From Octopus vulgaris (taxonomy: Eukaryota), in NCBI GenBank assembly GCA_951406725.2, contig OX597815.1:174964001-175028000 (forward strand): 64,000 nucleotides of DNA. The letters run 5' to 3'. Of the stretch, positions 1 through 12,650 are shown piece after piece. A program made the translations under genes and the position numbers. A model generated the notes under the pieces. That model was given only the letters and a program-made list of their open reading frames with translations, was not told the origin of the DNA and made no database searches. Positions within the stretch are counted from its first letter, which is position 1; every line of letters starts with the position of its first letter.

Positions 1-129
1 TTCCAATGCTTGTTGGAAATTAAGAAGTGAAAATAAAAGCAAAATAAAAACAGTTAAGAGGCCCTCGTAATATATTAAAAAAAATAGATGTTGAATTTTG
101 GCAATGGTAAAAAAAAATAGCACACTGAC

Positions 130-218
130 CTTTTTGGAATAAAAGTCTGAGACGGGAGACATTATTCCACCAACAACTTGATATCTTCCTGTTTTGTTTA
201 GAGAATCTCGAGCTAGTT
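130..218 (-). CDS. NMNAT: Nicotinamide mononucleotide adenylyltransferase, coding exon 2 ((E)LARDSLNKTGRYQVVGGIMSPVSDFYSKK); gene continues beyond window start
   Basis: Acceptor tctcacttttAG, donor GTCAGT; 89 nt, phase 1 to 0, in frame with exon 1; matches the NMNAT ELAR(D)...G...SPV.D.Y.KK segment. Confidence 0.93.
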
Positions 219-1344
219 CTAAAAGTGAGAGACAAAAGTGGATTAATGTGGTGAATCTGAACATTCAGAGGTACACACACGTATGTGTGTAAGTGCTTCA
301 ATTATTATTATGGTTATTATACTATTAATTCAAAAGTTTTAAATTCACATCCACTGCAACACATATTCTGATGCAAGCTACACTCGAGTTTTGAAAAATT
401 ACCCACAAGAGATCAGAACCAAAGTATTTTCTGAACCTGAATAGGAAATCTGGTCTTAATGATGATGTTTTGACAATGTGTGTGTGTGTGGTGGCAGGGT
501 GGGGGTATAAAGCAGTCACAAGAAATCCCCAGAGATTGTGTGGCCCAGTATTTGTAGTGACATTGAAGGGTTTTAGTTGTTTATGATTAGAGAAAGTAGA
601 CTATAAAATTATATCATCTCTGTAATGTTGAAGGGTTCTAGTTGTTATAGAAGAATGTTTTTGAGAATGTTTGCTTATGGAGGTGTTAATTTCTGGTGTG
701 TTGGCTGTATGTGTGTGAGCATCATCTAGGTATGTGTATAATTAGAAGTATCAATTAATGGGTCCTTAAAAGTGTACAAGACTTGACTGAACCCTGACAA
801 ATTTTGAAAAATTCATGTTTAAAATTGCCTTTACATCTCAGTATTTGATAAGCAAAACAAAAAACATAATTCCAGAGACAAAACTGAGAAGACCTGTCAA
901 AACTTAGTGATTGGTTCATTGTTGCTGTGTATGGAACATAAGAAATGAGTGCAACAAGTGGTAAGATATGAGATATGTTGTACCTTATGAAAGCAGGGGA
1001 AAAAAAAAAGTAAAATGATGATAAAGAGAAAGACAGAATCTCTCCTCCATCTCTATGGAAAACAGATGTTAAATGATGATTAAATCAGTTTATTTAAATG
1101 TTACAATTTCATAATTTTTTCCCTTGGATATTTCCTGTAAGTATCCAATCCTTAATAAAATATCGCAGAATACCCAAACAAACATTTTCATATTTTATTC
1201 ACTGCCTTTTGGCCATCATCACAAATTTCTTTACATTCTAGTTTTTTTGTTTTCCATTAAAAAATTTTTTTTTATATTTAATATATATTTTGTCATTCAT
1301 TTTACGTCTGTTTTCCCACACAGAGACAGGTTAGAATGATATGG

Positions 1345-2240
1345 CATTGTTTTATGGATGTCTGTGTACAAACAGCGATGCTACATGGCAGTGAAATGTG
1401 CTGTGACCACCAAGGACATGTGTAGGCTTGCAAGAAATCAAGCTAGTATGCTCCACTAGATATGTAATGTCAGCGTGCATGCACAACAGAGTGTAAGCAT
1501 CTTGAGAGAAAAGTTGGGCATAAGACACATCAGATGTGGTGTACAAAAGAAACAATTGCACTGGTATGACAAAGTGATGAACTCTAACAGTGGAGGGAAC
1601 CTGTGAAAGAGGTAGACCCAGGAAGACATGGGACAAAGTGGTGAAGCATGATCTTTGACTATTGGGCCTCACAGAGGCAATGACAGGTGACCAAGACCAT
1701 TGGCGATATGCTGTGCTTGAGCAGAAGACCCAGCAAGTCAAATGAGATCATAGCCATGGCCAATGCCAGTGTTGTGTAACTGGTACATAAAAAATACCCT
1801 TGAACTTTGGCCAATATGCCATGCATGAGAAGACCTGTCAAGTCAAGTGAAATCATAGTCATAGCCTATGCCAGTTTCACATAACTGGCACCTGTGCCAG
1901 TGACATGTAAAAAGTACAGTTCAGTTGTTGGGCTTCAGAGAGGCTGTGACAGGTGATTGAGACCTTTGGTGATATACCGTGCTTGAGAAGACCTGTCAAG
2001 CCAAGTGAGGTCATAGTCATGGCCAATGTCGGTGCTGTGTAACGTAACTGTGATGGTGGCACAAAAAAAAAACCATCCACTACACTCTTGGAGTGGTTGA
2101 TGTTAGGAAGAACATCCAGCTGCAGAGACCATGCCAAATCAAATTGGAACATGGTGTAACTCTCCAGCTTACCAGTTTTCAGTCAAACCATCCAACCCAT
2201 GCCAGCATGGAAAACGAACGTTAAATGAAGATGATGATGT
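1345..2240 (+). mobile_element. Degraded RTE LINE 3' end with tandemly repeated 3'UTR and (GAT)n tail
   Basis: Similar to the 3' part of the RTE at 32744-34530 (GRPRKTW..VVKHDL motif); ends GTTAAATGAAGATGATGATG. Confidence 0.8.
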
Positions 2241-2503
2241 CCTTCCTGATGTTAGCCCCTATCTGTTTTCAAATAAGGGATCTCTCCATTATTTACATTG
2301 GACAGATTTACTCTCCACCCTTCATCAGGTGTCCTGGTAGAATTTTGAACCCAACCCTGGGTTCTCATTCCTAAGGTATTTTGTTGCTGGGAGAAAGAGG
2401 AAGAGTTGGATTGAACGAAGAGAGCTTAAGTTTTTTTCTTTAAACATATGGCATGGAAGATGAAACTGTGTTTACATAGATAATGAAATGAAATAATAAA
2501 GTG

Positions 2504-2894
2504 ACTAGAAAAGCACTCAGAGAGCGCAGACCTCCGCCAAGCTCATTTTAAGATAGATATGCGAGTAAAATTACTAATAGAGAAACGAAAATAAACTTTG
2601 AAAACAGCAACGCCACCATAGGTTACGTGGAAACGATGAACGTGTTTTCAAGGGAGATAATCAAAGAACGTAACATTGTAAAGTAAATATAACAAATGAA
2701 AAATCCTTCAAGAATCCATAAAAATTCCCGGATTACTACCAAAATTTCATCATCTGTTCCTTGTGTCATTACCAACTTTTCCTGCAAGATTCATCAAATA
2801 CAGTTCACAACTTTTTGAGTTATTTTGCACACAGACGGACAGATGGACAATCCAACGCCAATGAAAACATAACCTCCTTCCTTGGTGGAGGTAA
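2504..2894. mobile_element. Non-autonomous Helentron/HINE-like element
   Basis: ACTAG start, subterminal inverted repeats ACCTCCGCCAAG / CTTGGTGGAGGT, internal (GACA)n-like tract, terminal AAAACATAACCTCC hairpin. Confidence 0.6.
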
Positions 2895-2975
2895 TTATAA
2901 TTTGCACTGAAAAGGGGTTTTAGATGTGTACTTGGTTGGAAAACAAGGTTGCTTATCTGAACATCTTATATATTA

Positions 2976-3285
2976 ATCATCATCATCATCGTTTAACGTC
3001 CATTTTCCCCACTAGCACGGGTTGGATGGTTCGACTGGGGTCTGGGAAGCCAGGGGCTGCTCCAGGCTCCAGTCTGATTTGGCAGTGTTTCTACAGCTGG
3101 ATGCCCTTCCTAACGCCAACCACTCCGCGAGTGTAGTGGGTGCTTTTTACGTGCCACCGGTACAGGTGCCAGGGGAGTCTGGCATCGGCCATGATCGGTT
3201 GGTGCTTTTAACGTGCCACCGGCACGGAAGCCAGCCAAGGCAGCGCTGGCATCAGCCACGTTCAGTTGGTGCTTTTTATGTGCCT
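2976..3285 (-). mobile_element. RTE-tail repeat (5'-truncated RTE 3'UTR or tail-sharing SINE)
   Basis: (CAT)n tail, CTGGATGCCCTTCCTAACGCC core, ~60-bp GTGCCACCGGCAC units. Confidence 0.75.
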
Positions 3286-3529
3286 GGCTGTGTGGTTAGG
3301 GAGCTTGCTTCCTAGCTACATGGTTTTGGGTTCAGTCCCACTGCGTGGCACTTTGGGTAGGTGTCTTTCACTATAGCCCGAGCCGACCGGAGCTTTGTGA
3401 TTGAATTTGGTAGGTGGAAGTTACTGCCGTGTGTGTATGTGTGCGTATAGCTGCTCAGTGCCTCTCCGAAAGAGAGAGAGGGATATATATATATATATAT
3501 AATGACAAAGTAATGACAGCAAAAAGTAA

Positions 3530-5264
3530 ACTGAATCTTGGTGAGGCACCGGGTAAGGATGGTATTTATGCTGAGGTCCAGTAATTTGGTAGTGATCACA
3601 TCACACAGTTCCTTCATGAACTTATTAGTGTAATTTGAAGGGATGGTACAATGTCTAAGGGCTGGGAGGATGCAATTATTCTTCCTCCCTATGAAGGAAA
3701 GGGAGCCAGAGTAGAGTGTAGCAACTACAGAGCTATTGTTCTACAGTCAAATCCTGGCAAGTATTCTTCTTACCTGCCTGAATAGGTGTCTCGTAAATGA
3801 TGCCCTATGTGAATCTCAATATGGTTTCAGATCTAGAAGAGGAACAATGGATATGATTTTCACAGCAAGACAGATGCAGAAGTGCTATGAGCAGAACATG
3901 AATCAAGGCCTTTGATACTGTGAACAGGGGGTCTCTACAGAAAATACTTGGCAAACTTGGATGCCCAGATCACTTTCTATCAATGATCAAATTATTTCAT
4001 GATCGATGGCAGTTTGGGTCAATGTTGGTGGTGGCATGGTGGGTCCCATTCCTGTAGAGTATGGTGTCAAGCGGGGTGATATCCTTGTCCCAACTCTCTT
4101 TTCTCTGTACTTTGCTGCTTCTCTTACTCCTGCTTTTTCTGTGGACATCTCTCCTGGTATGTTAGGTATCAATCTTCTGGCTGTCTTTTCAAGCTGTGTC
4201 GATTTGCTGCCAACTCAAGAGTTTTCCTGTCACTCATTCGTGATCTCCTTTATGCAGATGACTGTGACTTAGTCACTCATACAGCGGATGATATGTAAAT
4301 ACTTGTGAATCATATTTCTGCTTCTTCCAAAGCATTTGGATTTAGTATTAGCCTGGACAAGACTGTGGTAATGTTCCAGCCTGCACCAGGAAACCATATG
4401 TGGAACCAGCTATTTTTGTTGAAGGAACAATTCCGAAGGTGGTAGACAAGTTTGTCTACCTGGGCAGCACACTCAGCTGTTCTTGCTCCCTGGATGTTGA
4501 AATATCTTTCAGGCTGCAGAGAGCAACAGATTCCTTCCAGTCTCTTCAGTCTCATGTCTGGTCCCAGCATGGCATCACAAGGCAAACAAAAATTGCTATG
4601 TGCCGTGCATGTGTACTGACATCGCTCCTTTACTCATGTGAGATAGGGACCTTTTACAAACATAATGTAAATGTCCTTGAACGCTTTCATCAGAGATGTC
4701 TGAGACACATTCTGAATGTTGGCTGGACTTTAAAAACTCCAGATGCGCAGGTTCTGAGGAAAGCTGATATCCTGAGTATTGAGGCGATGGTGCACAAATA
4801 CCAGTTACATTGGACTGGACACTTTGTTAGAATGAATGATAGCAAGATCCCTAAACAGATACTATATGGGGAACTTATTAGTGGAAAGCAACCCTGGCAG
4901 AACCAAAACTGCAATTTAAGGAGTGTGTAAAGTCCTTGTTAAAGGCCTGTGAAATGTGGGAGGCTGACTGGGAGAGCAATGCTTGTCATCACCACGAATG
5001 GTGGAAACAGGTAAAGGAAGGAGTCAATATCTTTGAAAGAGCATGCATTCTTCATTCAAGTGTGCTGCTCGAAAACACACTGCTAGTGTAATGAATAGAG
5101 AACGCTTGGTCTACAATGCTTGCAGTCATGCATGTTTGTCAAAAGCAAGGTTTGTTAGTCACCAACAGAGATGGAAGTGTGAAGTATAAGGTAGTCTTGA
5201 ATACACAATGCTCTTAAAGGTCAGTACTGGTTTTCCTCAGTCACGAGTGGATGGCCATCATCAT
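3530..5264 (+). mobile_element. Degraded RTE (BovB-like) LINE, RT domain to 3' end
   Basis: Fragments ESQYGFR, GVKRGDIL.P.LF, LLYADD, FVYLGSTL, LERFHQRCLRHIL, IPKQILYGEL; many frameshifts; (CAT)n tail. Confidence 0.88.
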
Positions 5265-5379
5265 GTGTGTACAAATAAATATATACATATATCAATTATG
5301 TTCAGTTATAATAAAAACATTCCGTTTTTGTAATTTTTTGCAAGATTCCTGTTGTAAAATCTTGTGTTGAATCAGAAAT

Positions 5380-5595
5380 TGTTATATTTGGAGATGGTCA
5401 TGAAAAGACAGAATGGACTAAACAGAACAGGAGATTATACGTGGGATGGAGAGTCGCTGAAGAGGTCACAGAACGTGTGACGAAAGATTTACAAAAGACA
5501 CTAAAATAACAATAATAAGAATAAAGCTTAACTGAATACCAAGGATATAGTGCGTGTTAAATTGGCAAAAACATGACCATCCCCAGATATAATAA
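5380..5595. mobile_element. Small MITE-like inverted repeat
   Basis: TTATATTTGGAGATGGTCATG ... CATGACCATCCCCAGATATAA imperfect terminal inverted repeats. Confidence 0.45.
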
Positions 5596-6306
5596 TATAA
5601 TAAAAACAATTTTACATTGATTTGAAAGGGTTACTCTATTTTTGTAGAGTGCGAATTTATTATTCTTATAGAAGAAAAACTTGGAAGTTTTGGCCAGTTC
5701 AACGATGGCTTAAGCTGACTGAAATTTCAAAGTCACTGTCAAGATTCTAATGTAAGAATAATAAATATATCTCTTTCTATACACACGCACACACACACAC
5801 ATACAATCTACCATCACTGGGGACATTCAAATTTCATAGGTTCCCCACTTCATGAATTTATATTTCCGCTTCAAAAGACAATAATTAACCTGATTAGAAA
5901 CAAGTTTCTAAACAAGAGATGTATGAATTCTAAATTATCAGATGACCGAAAAAGCTGTTTATGACATTTCTAGATTCGTTATATTCACTTTCACTTTCGA
6001 TTTCATCGGACGAATTTAATTTCTGGATGGCTTTCAAGTATTTAGCTATGCATACACACACACATACATAAATTCGCACATATACGTATGTCATGTTATG
6101 TGTGTGCGTGCATGTATGTGTCTGTGTATATAGATATTTATATTTTTGTGTGTATGTATCTGGAGGTTAGACACTAATTTGGGAAAGAAATGGAATAAAC
6201 CAACTGGTAGGACGGAACTCAAACACAACAGCCATTCTCCTTTAGTTTTCCAGCGCAAATTGGCCTTTATTACATCTAAAATAATTAGAATTTTAGCAGT
6301 TAATTG

Positions 6307-6390
6307 CGTGTGTGTGTGTGTGTGTGTGTATGCGTGTATGTATGTATGTATGTATGTATGTATGTATGTGTGTGTGTGTGTGTATGTATG
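6307..6390. repeat. (TG)n/(TATG)n compound microsatellite
   Basis: Directly visible tandem repeat. Confidence 0.9.
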
Positions 6391-6456
6391 TCTGTAAACA
6401 CGTATCAATGATGATTATGTTATTAAATGGAAATTACTAAAGGACCTTTAACTTAC

Positions 6457-6550
6457 CGAACATCCTCAAATGCATATTGGTGACAGGGTTAAAAGATCCA
6501 CAAGCAATTAAAACCACCCGTGTCGGTGATTGTGTTAATGGTAAAGCCAT
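6457..6550 (-). CDS. NMNAT: NMNAT coding exon 1 ([31 protein letters not shown])
   Basis: ATG at 6550; ATP-binding GSFNPxTxxH motif; canonical G|GTAAGT donor at 6456. Confidence 0.95.
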
Positions 6551-7350
6551 GTCTGAGAGCAATAGATAACTATTAGTAGCTGTTATGTTAGTATATACGA
6601 CGGATATAGATCAGTAACAGTAGCTAATATATCGCAGCGATCAGAGATAAATATAATCAAGCAGTTATACACAGAGAAGAGAGAAATAGATGAGGGAGAT
6701 GAGAGTCCAGGGGCTTGACTCCACAACGAATGTGTTGCTACAATGTTAGGGATGTTTCAACCCAATCGGTTAAAATAAGCTGCCGGGTGCCTCAATGTAG
6801 TTTCACTTGTAAATTATGAATACATTGCGTCACCACAACAAAAGTAATTTTGTCCACGGTCAATGGTTGCTGTTTTTCTTTAAAGTTCCAGTTACGTATT
6901 TCTATAATATTTTTATCCGTAGTAAGAATATTTAATGGTTAATGTCCATTTGGATATCAGGCATTCTTTTGTTCCACATGCTTCGTTGACGTAAATGCAG
7001 TTTACTAACGAAAGAATGGTTAATTGCCAATATATAATATCGATGTGTCGCTCTGTTGCTGTTTGGATTGTTTTTGTAGCCTGTTACTTGGTGCGCGCGG
7101 GCACCGGTTTAGTCCGAAATAGATGCTAACAATTGCTAATTACTGATTCCAGTAATAAAATGCCTCCCAACGAATGACGATATTTTATATATATATATAA
7201 TCATTGGGGTGAACGAAGAAAATATTTAAAAAAAGGAAGAAAGAAATTGTTGTGATGTGACTGGTGGATGAGTTTATTAGTTTGCAGAAACTGCGTCATT
7301 CATTCTGACACTGATTCGAATGAATCGATTTCAGTACAGGATGGGAGGGT
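6551..7350. promoter_or_regulatory. CpG-retaining 5'UTR/promoter region of NMNAT (possibly bidirectional)
   Basis: Local CpG enrichment and absence of repeats directly upstream of the NMNAT ATG; GC-rich motif GGTGCGCGCGGGCACC near 7090. Confidence 0.55.
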
Positions 7351-7619
7351 TTTTTTGTTTTTGTTTTGTTTGTTTGTTTGTTTGTTTGTTTGTTTGTATA
7401 TATTGATGTTGGGAAAGAGTTGAACTGTGTGTTTGTGTGCGGGTAGAGAGAGAGAGAAGATAAGAAGAAGATAAAAAGAAAGGAAGAAAGAGATTGAGTG
7501 TTCTAAATATGGCATTGGGTCATCACTAAAGACAATTTTCTTTTTTCTTTTTTTTTTTTTGCAGCATTATATAAAATAGTTTACGCGATAATCACTGAAT
7601 TACTTTTTTCAGAAAGCCC

Positions 7620-8328
7620 AATGGTGACCTTCACTCCATATCAGTTGGTTGTACTCTGCAACAACTCACAGTAAAAGTGTGTCTGTCCTCGGTTTCTAAC
7701 TGCCTGTCCACCGAATTTTTCCCTACTCAGCTAGGAGTGGGTGCAATGCTAGGTTGTGAGGCTGCTGCTCATGCCATTAGGGTTTTCAGCAACTTGCCTT
7801 CTGAGTCTCCAAAGGTCATCTTCAAACTAGACCTCAGAGGTGCCTTCAATTCCAGCACTCAGGATGTCATCCTCCATGCAATAAGGGAAAATGCTCTATA
7901 GCTCTATCACTTTTCTTGGTAATCTCATCAGGAACCATCCTATCTCTCCTTTGGTGACCAACTCATCCCATCTGCATCTGGAGTCCAACAGGGTGACCCA
8001 CTAGGACCAGCTCTATTCGCACTGGATATTGACGATGTTACCAAGATGGATCTGGCCCGGACTTGAATATTTGGTAACTTAATGATGCTTGTTTGGGAGG
8101 GTCCTCCTGATAGGGTCCTTGCAACTGTGAAGAGAATGATTGAGGAACTTCGTCGTAGGGGCTTTAGCATCAACAGTCCCAAATGCAACCTCTGGCTCCT
8201 CAACCCTCCAGATTCACATCAGCAGACTGTAAACCTGTTTACAAACTCCTTCCCTTCTACCACGGTTCTTCCTTCATCAGCATGGTGCTCTCCGGAGTCC
8301 CAATTACTGTCAGAGCTTTCTAGCCCAT
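7620..8328 (+). mobile_element. CRE-clade non-LTR retrotransposon remnant, RT part (5' half, interrupted by Gypsy)
   Basis: QLGVG..GCEAAAH, KLDLRGAFNS, GVQQGDPLGP.LF, G.SIN.PKC motifs; stops and frameshifts. Confidence 0.8.
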
Positions 8329-8590
8329 TATAGCTTTGTTAAGCTATACGTAAACAAACGAGTGGAGACGAGTATGCATTTACTAAAGGATTATTACTTT
8401 AGGTACAATAGGGCTTAAGTCGTCAGTTATTTTTGTATAGTTCCCTCAGATTCGTTTCCCGCACGTGGCTGACATTCTTCTGTTATCCTTCTCCTCCCGG
8501 AAGTCCTTTTCTTTCCTGCTGACCAGCTTCCTAGCTAGCCCGCAGCGAAGTATCTGTCTACAGTTCGTCTGTCACAAATCGTACCCTACA
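8329..8590 (-). repeat. 3' LTR of Gypsy element
   Basis: About 16 mismatches in 262 bp versus 11261-11522 (counted by eye). Confidence 0.93.
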
Positions 8591-10060
8591 TAGCTTCACC
8601 CCTCTCAGAACTGTAAGCTGTCACTGGGAACGGGATGGCGTTTTAATTGTCCTGCCCCTGCGTGTGGTTACTCAATTCTTTGGTGATTTTTCCTTGTCAA
8701 GGGCTGGTGTGATCTGTCTAGGACGGCCCTGTTTGGTGGTTGGGCCACCTGGACGGGCTATCAATATCAAGATGGGCTGGTTTCAATCTATCAACGGAGA
8801 CTGTGTCTTGTCCACCAATTAGGAGTTGGAATGTTTTATCTCCCGGATGTATAACTTGATATGGACCGTCGTAGGGTGACTGGAGGGGTCTTCGTCGTGT
8901 GTCACGTCGAACGAACACAAAGTTAGCCGTGCGGAGGTCATTTGATACGGATTCTCTGGGTGTACCGTGTGACGACATGGGAACAGGGCGCAACTGGCCA
9001 CGCTGTCTTAGTTGAGCGAGGTACCTTTTGACATCCGGGTCTGAATTCGTATTCGGAAGGAACTCTCCTGGCACTGTAAAGGGAGCACCGTACGCCATTT
9101 CCGCGGAGGAAGCGTAGATATTTTCTTTTGGGGCAGTGCAGATTCCCAGCATTACCCATGGGAGTTGGTCGATCCAGTTTGGCCAGTTAAACCTGGTTGT
9201 CAGTGATTCCTTCAGGCGACGGTGAAATCTCTCCACTAATCCGTTGGCCTGTGGGTGGTAGGCTGTTATGTGGTTCATTGTGATTCTGAAAAGGCCACAC
9301 ATGTCATTCCACAGCTTTGAGGTGAATTGTGAACCCCTATCGGATGAGATGCTATCTGGGACACCGAAACGGGCGACCCAATTTGCGATGAAAGCTCGGC
9401 TGACTTCTTGTGTTTCTGTACTGCGGAGAGGGATGGCTTCATGTCAACGGGTGTAGCGATCCACCAAGGTCAGTATGTACGAGCAACCCCGTGAAGGTGG
9501 CGGGGGGGGGAGGTCGATGTTGACATGGCTGAATCGGACCTGAGGTGGTAGCGATCGGGTGTCGTGTCTGCGTTGAGACGGCGGTAATCTCCGCAGGGTC
9601 GATAACCTCCGTTGGATTTGGGGACCACATGCAGGGGTGATGACCAGGGACTGCTTGATCGGCGAACAATACCCAAGGCCTCCATATTCTCGAATTCGGC
9701 CTTTGCGATTGCAAGTTTGTCTAGTGGTAGACGACGTGCGCGGCTGTGCACTGAGGGCCGGTAGTGATGTAGTGTGTCACCCCATGGTGGGCTGTAGGTT
9801 TGGAGAATGTTGGAGTGGTGAGATTGGGGCGACTAACAAGAAGATCTAAGAATTCGTTCTTGGTCTGCGAGATGGTTGCTATGCGGTGGGCGGCATGTGC
9901 AGATGTTGCAAGAGGCACGGAAGCGTCGTATGTGTTGTTGTCGAGGAGTCGTCTTCCCCGCAAATTCACCAGTAGCAAATGTGTTCGAATAAAGTCTGCA
10001 CCGATTATGGGCTGATGGGCATCGGCGATGGTGAATGACTGTGTGTATTTTCGTGGGCCG

Positions 10061-10464
10061 GGATCTTTTCGGTTTGAGCGGCAGTTTTTTTTAATAATTT
10101 CCACGTAACTAAACACTTTTAAACTTCGTATACTGGTAGAATGTGTTTATCAAACATCTTTTTCTCTTGGCTTATTGAGAAAATCCTATAGTTTGTAAGA
10201 TATTTGTTGTTTTTTCTTCAATTTCTGCAATTTCAACCAATCAATGACGTCTATTGAGGTGAAAACATTCTGTGCCGTATGAATATGTCCCTCGTTTAAG
10301 AAACAGATTGGGTTTATTTACATTTGTGAAGAAAAGGTACCCTTCCCCTAACCCTAACCCTAAAACAGATTGAAATGCAATAGATCGATACTAGGGTCAT
10401 AATTACGGGTGACAATTTCATATGACACCGCTAGAAAAAACTGCCGTTCAAACCGAAAAGATCC
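10061..10464. mobile_element. MITE (Merlin-like: GG termini, 8-bp TSD) inserted in the Gypsy protease region
   Basis: ~30-bp TIRs GGATCTTTTCGGTTTGAGCGGCAGTTTTTT / AAAAAACTGCCGTTCAAACCGAAAAGATCC; TSD GTGGGCCG on both sides. Confidence 0.9.
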
Positions 10465-11260
10465 GTGGGCCGATGTTGAAGGAAGGGGTGCAACGACCGT
10501 ATGCCTCAATTGTGGACCCGGCTGTTAATAGTTGACTACGCTTTCCGTGACGGAGGTCCCTTGCCGATGCCGGTATGACATAGAGGAGCATTTGGTCATG
10601 TCTGCCGGCCACCAGTGTGTTCAATGGTTCACTGGTGAAGGGGTTCTGAAGCTACATGGTTGTTTACATTTTGTCGCCTTTTTTTCAAACTTTGCATGGT
10701 AGAATACCCCGTCTCGGAGCCGACCCTATGGCGTTGACCAGGACACCACTCAGTAAAAAATGCCTGTCAGCTGCCTTTGCTAATTGCTGAGTTATGAGGG
10801 CCTGGACCTGGGGTGGCAGCTTGCGGAGGAATATTTCTGTAAACAAAAAGGAAGGTGATTCACCGGGAGGACTAATGCCAACATCCTGTCCATCAGTTCT
10901 GACGGCTTGGAATCGCCTAATTCTTCCTCCAGTATCCCGACTGCCGCTTCTCTTTCGTTGCATCGGAATGTATCCACTAGAGCCTATCTTTCAATATGGC
11001 GTATTTGTTTATTGGACGGGGATGGGTTAAAATGTCCAACACCCTCGTTGCTGTGTCTTCGTCCAAGTGCCACCATAACGTGCAAGTACTTTGTTTGATC
11101 GGCCGTTATCTTGTTTATATCCAATTGAGCTTCCGCCTGCGCGAACCACAGCTCAGTCCTCTTAGACCAGAACTGTGGTAGCCTTAGTGGTGTTTTATTG
11201 CCAACCATGTTTGTTTCGGTGGCGGGAGCTGTTTGTTGTTCGATCGTCGAGGTTATCAGT

Positions 11261-11522
11261 TATACCTTTGTTAAGCTATACGTAAACAAACGAGTGGAGA
11301 CGAGTATGCATTTACTAAAGGTTTATTACTTTAGGTACAATAGGGCTTAAACCGTCAGTTATTTTTGTATAGTTCCCTCAGATTCATTTCACGCACACGG
11401 CTGACATTCTTCTGTTAACCTTCTCCTCCCGGAAGTCCTTTTTTTTCCTGCTGACCAACTTCCTAGCTAGCCCGCAGCGAAGTATCTGTCTACAGTCCGT
11501 CTGCCACGAATCCTGCCCTACA
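11261..11522 (-). repeat. 5' LTR of Gypsy element
   Basis: Direct repeat of 8329-8590; followed on the minus strand by PBS-like TGATAACCTCGACG. Confidence 0.93.
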
Positions 11523-12650
11523 CCATCTTTCAATCCATGAATTGTTAACCTTGAGTAACTTTTAAAAAAAACCTTGAGGTAATGGAGCCCCACCAAGGTT
11601 TTTTACCTTTAGGAATTACTTATAGATTCCTAAGTTATAGTACTTTGTCAGCATTAGCCCCTCTTATAGATTTTCATCATCTCTCCAATGCTTTGGCAAT
11701 CTAATATTCAGGGAACTCAAATGTTTGGTCAATGTCAGACTCTCTCCAGAGTCCCTTGTCTCTATCTCTTCCCTATTTTCTGTCCTCCATCCATGCTTGT
11801 TTCCCTTTGGTAGGCAACATCCTCTCCTTTCCAACATGGACTTGTTCCAACAGGAAGACGGATGAAACTCTGTTACAGTGAGAGAGCTGGGTTTGTCAGT
11901 TCCTGTTACAGTTGAGGATAGATGGAAGCAGAAAATATGAAGTAGTCTGCATTCAGGTGCCACTTTCAACTCTTTCCTTGATGAATCTGATCAATTTTCA
12001 AGGTGTCACCTACTTTCTACAAGTGTGAAATTCTCGGGGAACTGGATTAATGTCTTGCCTGTGGCCAACTTTGGAGGAGGTTTACTCAGGCTGGATGAGC
12101 TCTGCATCACCATCGCACTCAGAGTGAGAGCCAACATTTGTGGGGGACTGAGATGTCACTGTGCTAGGTAGCTCAACTCCACAGATCTTTACAGTCTGTC
12201 TTGCCACCTAAATGCTGGTCATTTCACATGAGCTGTGGGCTCAGGTTAAAATCCCCTCAGTTCTGGAGCCAATAGGATTATCCAGAAATGATGGGAAGAG
12301 ACCAGATGGCCTTACTCTTTGTCCCTCACCTGGGATGTCACAGTCTGTGACTCCTTTACTCCCTCCACCATCCTAGATGCTGCAGTAAATGGGATGGTCA
12401 CTGCTTCCATAGCCGAACAGAACAAAATCCTTAAGTATTGAAACTTGTCGGTGAACCATTTCTTCTAGCCTGTGGTATTTGAGATACTCGGAGGTGCTGG
12501 GCCATTAACGGTGAAGTTCTTGTCATTGTTAGTGTCAAGTGATGCCCATGTGGGGACTTGGCTGTTCCAACACCTTAGCCACGCCATCACCCATGATAAT
12601 ATTGCAAGCGTGTTGGCTTGCTTCAGTAAGTTCCATTGAAGCTCTGAGTA
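11523..12650 (+). mobile_element. CRE-clade remnant, 3' half with restriction-like endonuclease
   Basis: PHQGFYL..IPKL thumb, GGLGL, GNWIN.LP, LEP.GLSRNDGKRPDGLTL, WDVTV, K..KY, P.VFE.LG motifs. Confidence 0.78.

Larger units (their letters stand above)
8329..11522 (-). mobile_element. Gypsy/Ty3 LTR retrotransposon, internally deleted (gag-PR-partial RT fused to integrase)
   Basis: Paired 262-bp LTRs; 4-bp TSD CCAT (8325-8328, 11523-11526); gag LPQFW...WFAQAEAQ; RT start SPWSSPLHVVPK...CGDYRRLN; integrase SDRGSQF, YHPQANGLVERFHR, GPY; PPT GAGAGGGGTGAAG; degenerate Trp-type PBS. Confidence 0.95.

Noticed and set aside
7250-7312. Possible box C/D snoRNA (GTGATGT...CTGA)
   Set aside because: Imperfect C box, weak terminal stem and no recognisable guide
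10345-10365. (CCCTAA)3 as an interstitial telomere
   Set aside because: Too short and internal to a MITE
11560-11636. Two adjacent hairpins resembling a terminator or ncRNA
   Set aside because: They lie in the decayed CRE coding frame (PHQGFYL...IPKL); AT-rich chance pairing
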